64,000 nucleotides of DNA from NCBI GenBank assembly GCA_963555815.3, contig CAUVWX020000001.1, forward strand, positions 64,001 through 128,000, written 5' to 3'. Source of the DNA: a bacterium (GTDB taxonomy: Bacteria; UBA8248; JACPRG01; G963555815). Made by a program: the position numbers and the translations under genes. The notes beneath the pieces are model-generated. The model did no database searches. It was not told the DNA's origin and saw only the letters and a program-made list of their open reading frames with translations. This document shows positions 61,272-64,000 of the stretch, piece after piece (positions within the stretch are counted from its first letter, which is position 1; the number at the start of each line of letters is the position of its first letter).

Positions 61272-62381
61272 ATGAACGCACCTAACGAACCCAAGACCTC
61301 TCGGAAGCCACGTGGGCTGTCCAGACGCAAGGCCCTCCACCTGCCTCCTGGTGTGCGCCAGGACAATCGGGGTAATTACTTTCTCGACTACTACGTCGGG
61401 GGCAGGAGAACCCGGGAGTGGATCGGCCCCAACAAACGCTTGGCCGTAACGGTCATGGGCAAGAGACGGACCGAGATCGCCGAGGGAAAGCACCTGGACC
61501 GGCGGACCGTCCGTCGGGTCACTCTCAGACAGTATGCCGAGGAATACACACGGATCTATTCGGCACGGAAGAGATCGGCCCTCCGGGACACATCAAGCCT
61601 CAAGGCCCTCCTCCCTGTCCTAGGGGACTTGTACCTGGATGCCATCACCCCCGAGATGGTCCAGCGCTATCAGACGGACCGGCTGGCCAAGAGAAAGCCT
61701 GCAACAGTGAACCGGGAGTTGGCCCTGCTCAAAACTATGTTCAATCGGGCCATCGAGAACGGGAAGGTCACTACCAACCCTGTCGTAAAGGCGAAGTTCT
61801 TGAAGGAGAACAACGCCCGTTGCCGTATCCTGGAGGACGAGGAGCGAGAACGCCTTCAGACAGAATTTCATCCCCGGATCAGGCGGATCTATGATTTCGC
61901 CAGATACACCGGCCTTAGACAGGGAGAAATCTTCCGGCTGGAGTGGCAGGATGTGGACCTCAAGGGGGGGTTTCTTCGAGTCCGGGAAGCCAAGAGCGGG
62001 GAAGGAAGGACCCTGCCTCTGAACGGGACGGCCAGGGCGATCCTGGAAGGCATTCCTTACCGCCTGGACGGGGAATATGTGTTTTGCCGTCCTGACGGGG
62101 ATGCCATCCGAAGCATTAGGCAGGGCTTCGGGAATGCTGTGCGGCGAGCTGGGGTTCAAGATTACCGATTTCATGACTCTCGCCATGAGTTTGCTTCATC
62201 CCTAGCGATGGCGGGGGTGGACCTGAATACGATCCGGGAGCTATTGGGCCACAGGACCATGCAGATGGTGATGAGGTACTCTCACCTGACTGACCGACAC
62301 AAGGCCCGGGCAGTGGCGCTTCTCGACAACCAAGAAGACACAAAAACAGACACTATGGCAAGTCAGCCCGAGACGGGGTAA
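61272..62381 (+). CDS. Tyrosine recombinase (phage-type integrase)
   Basis: [29 protein letters not shown] catalytic set; N-terminal arm-binding-like domain. Confidence 0.95.
   Translation: MNAPNEPKTSRKPRGLSRRKALHLPPGVRQDNRGNYFLDYYVGGRRTREWIGPNKRLAVTVMGKRRTEIAEGKHLDRRTVRRVTLRQYAEEYTRIYSARKRSALRDTSSLKALLPVLGDLYLDAITPEMVQRYQTDRLAKRKPATVNRELALLKTMFNRAIENGKVTTNPVVKAKFLKENNARCRILEDEERERLQTEFHPRIRRIYDFARYTGLRQGEIFRLEWQDVDLKGGFLRVREAKSGEGRTLPLNGTARAILEGIPYRLDGEYVFCRPDGDAIRSIRQGFGNAVRRAGVQDYRFHDSRHEFASSLAMAGVDLNTIRELLGHRTMQMVMRYSHLTDRHKARAVALLDNQEDTKTDTMASQPETG
62336..62355 (+). repeat. Putative integrase arm-type site (right, inside the int 3' end)
   Basis: Identical to 56758-56777. Confidence 0.75.
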
Positions 62382-62405
62382 ATTAACTCTTTGAAAATCA
62401 AGCAT

Positions 62406-62493
62406 GCCGGGGTGGCGGAATGGAAGACGCAGGGGACTCAAAATCCCCCGGGGGGTAACTCCCGTGCGGGTTCGACTCCCGCCCCCGGCACCA
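62406..62493 (+). tRNA. tRNA-Leu(CAA)
   Basis: GCCGGGG/CCCCGGC acceptor, GGGGA-CTCAAAA-TCCCC anticodon arm, long variable arm, GTTCGACT, CCA. Confidence 0.96.
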
Positions 62494-63667
62494 CAATTTT
62501 AAGGGGTTAAGAAAACCGACCGACCCTTTCGAGATATACCCAAATAGGGGATTGTCTCCGTTTTGTCTCCCTGCTGATTTTTTGAGTGGTATCTATCGAT
62601 TGTTGAACTCTTTAAGGCTGTCTATGAAGATAACCCTGACATGGCAAAAGAATTAGCTAATAAATTAGGCTTAACAGAATGAAACAATAATGATGATGCC
62701 TACTGTTAGAAGTAATGAAAGGTAAGAAGGCTAGAGCTAATTATCCTCCTCCACCACCAGAGCCACCAGCTCCAGCACCTCCACCACCACCTAATCTTTC
62801 TGCAGCGAATGGAGATGGTTCAAAACTAACTATTCTGCTATTTGCCTTAACTGATGGGAAATAATAAGCTGGCTTATCAACTGATATTCAATAATCTAGG
62901 AGTTTACTTTTATCTTTTAGTGGAGAAGATCGCCAAGGGGATCCGGGTCATGCTCAAGGGCTAGCCCAAGACCGGGGAGGCGATTCCGTTGGCGGCCCTC
63001 AAGGAGTCCATCAACAAGGCGGCCTACGCCTACACGGACAAGTACGTCGGCCCGAAGGAAGAAGTCGGCAACAAGGGCGGCTCCCTCTCGAACCGCCTGC
63101 GGGGCGCGATGGCCTGAACACCCGTTGCGGAGCTTCACTCCTGAAGGGCGCTGACCCAGGAGATCCCTTGCCCATTTTTGTCGGACGTCGGACATAGTAT
63201 GATAGGTTCATATTAGTCATGATCACATGGACGCCAAAACCAGTAGCGGTAGGCAGCCACGTGCGCGCTGTTAAGGCCATCCCCGGTCGCGTCGAATACT
63301 GTTACATTCGGGGAGTCGGGCGATAGCGGAATAGTAAGAGAGGGTTCGGGCATGCGCCTCGAACGCTCTCCTGTTTCGTGCACCGTCAATCCCACTACTT
63401 CTTCGGCTTGATCTCGATCCGACGCGGCCTGCGTCGCGCCGCTCTCTGTCGCGGAACCAGGGGCCGATCGGTGGACACGGAGTTTCGTCTCCAATAGGTA
63501 TTCCGGCTCCTCCCTTGCACACCTGACGCCGTCGGGTCAGGTTCCGATAGAGAACTAGTCGCGAGGGCATCGTTATAGAGTGAAAGCAGAACAGGGATCG
63601 CCGATCCGGAAGCCACGGATCAGCACCGCTGCGCGGTCCTCCGACCCCCAATTACTGAGCACTGATT

Positions 63668-64000
63668 ATGCAGCATGGTGTCCAGTTCATCCAAGCCAAC
63701 GAACGCAAAGCAGACTTCGACAACATCTACGACTGCGTAGATCCTCGGCCGTACTTCACAACGCTCCGACGGCTCGACTACCAAATCCCCCAGAACGCCA
63801 AGCCACAGTTTCAAGAGATCTTCGATGATTTTCGGCGCATCCGAGGGCGCGATGCCCTCCGCGTGCTCGACGTCGGATGCTCCTACGGCATCAACGCCGG
63901 CCTGTTGAAGTACGACCTGGAGCTGGCTGATCTCTATGGGCATTACTGCAGCCCTAGCGAAGCCGGCCTCACACCCAGCGAGCTGCGAAGGAACGACCGG
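63668..64000 (+). CDS. Class I SAM-dependent methyltransferase-like protein, partial (runs off window end)
   Basis: Manual translation MQHGVQFIQANERKADFDNIY..YQIPQNA..VLDVGCSYGINA; open to the end. Confidence 0.75.
   Translation, partial: MQHGVQFIQANERKADFDNIYDCVDPRPYFTTLRRLDYQIPQNAKPQFQEIFDDFRRIRGRDALRVLDVGCSYGINAGLLKYDLELADLYGHYCSPSEAGLTPSELRRNDR

Larger units (their letters stand above)
56599..62443. mobile_element. Tyrosine-integrase element (about 5.8 kb) inserted in tRNA-Leu(CAA)
   Basis: 38-bp flanking direct repeats, integrase next to attR, 20-bp internal arm-like repeats, one AT-rich cargo gene. Confidence 0.9.

Noticed and set aside
62888..62890. Sec at the in-frame TGA of the Gly-tailed remnant
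   Set aside because: No start codon, no recognisable Cys-motif context, and it sits in degraded AT-rich debris.
1..64000. Genome-wide UGA reassignment (code 4 or 25)
   Set aside because: Conserved genes such as rpmE, aroA, aroC and mfd end at TGA at the expected positions, and long genes lack internal TGA.
1..64000. CRISPR array or cas genes
   Set aside because: No regularly spaced repeat-spacer series seen; the WYL gene has no cas neighbours.

Overview
A high-GC bacterial chromosome segment; gene content resembles Nitrospinota, Desulfobacterota or similar lineages, but taxonomy cannot be fixed from this window. About 1-44.5 kb is mostly housekeeping on the minus strand: prfA-rpmE-rho-coaE, tRNA-Gly, moaDE, lipM-gcvP-gcvH, futalosine menaquinone genes mqnEACD, a pyrB-pyrI fusion, surA-mfd-aroE-rodZ, nrdR-glyA-rpiB, aroA/C/K, miaA, HU, sppA, rpsA and cmk-tyrA-hisC-pheA. 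44.5-49.2 kb is a duplicated, decaying module with secreted truncated globins. 50-56 kb carries an ArsM-like methyltransferase, a TIGR04282-like transferase, a cyclophilin and a Tat molybdoenzyme paired with a pentaheme cytochrome. 56.6-62.4 kb is a 5.8-kb integrase element that duplicates the 5' half of tRNA-Leu(CAA), followed by mosaic remnants. The most striking signal is missed by the ORF track: in-frame UGA codons with SECIS-like hairpins. A TSUP/TauE-family transporter has two (UxxxU) in its first transmembrane helix, and an Ogt/MGMT has one at its catalytic Cys. Both are candidate selenoproteins. All calls come from reading the sequence; no searches or folding were run.
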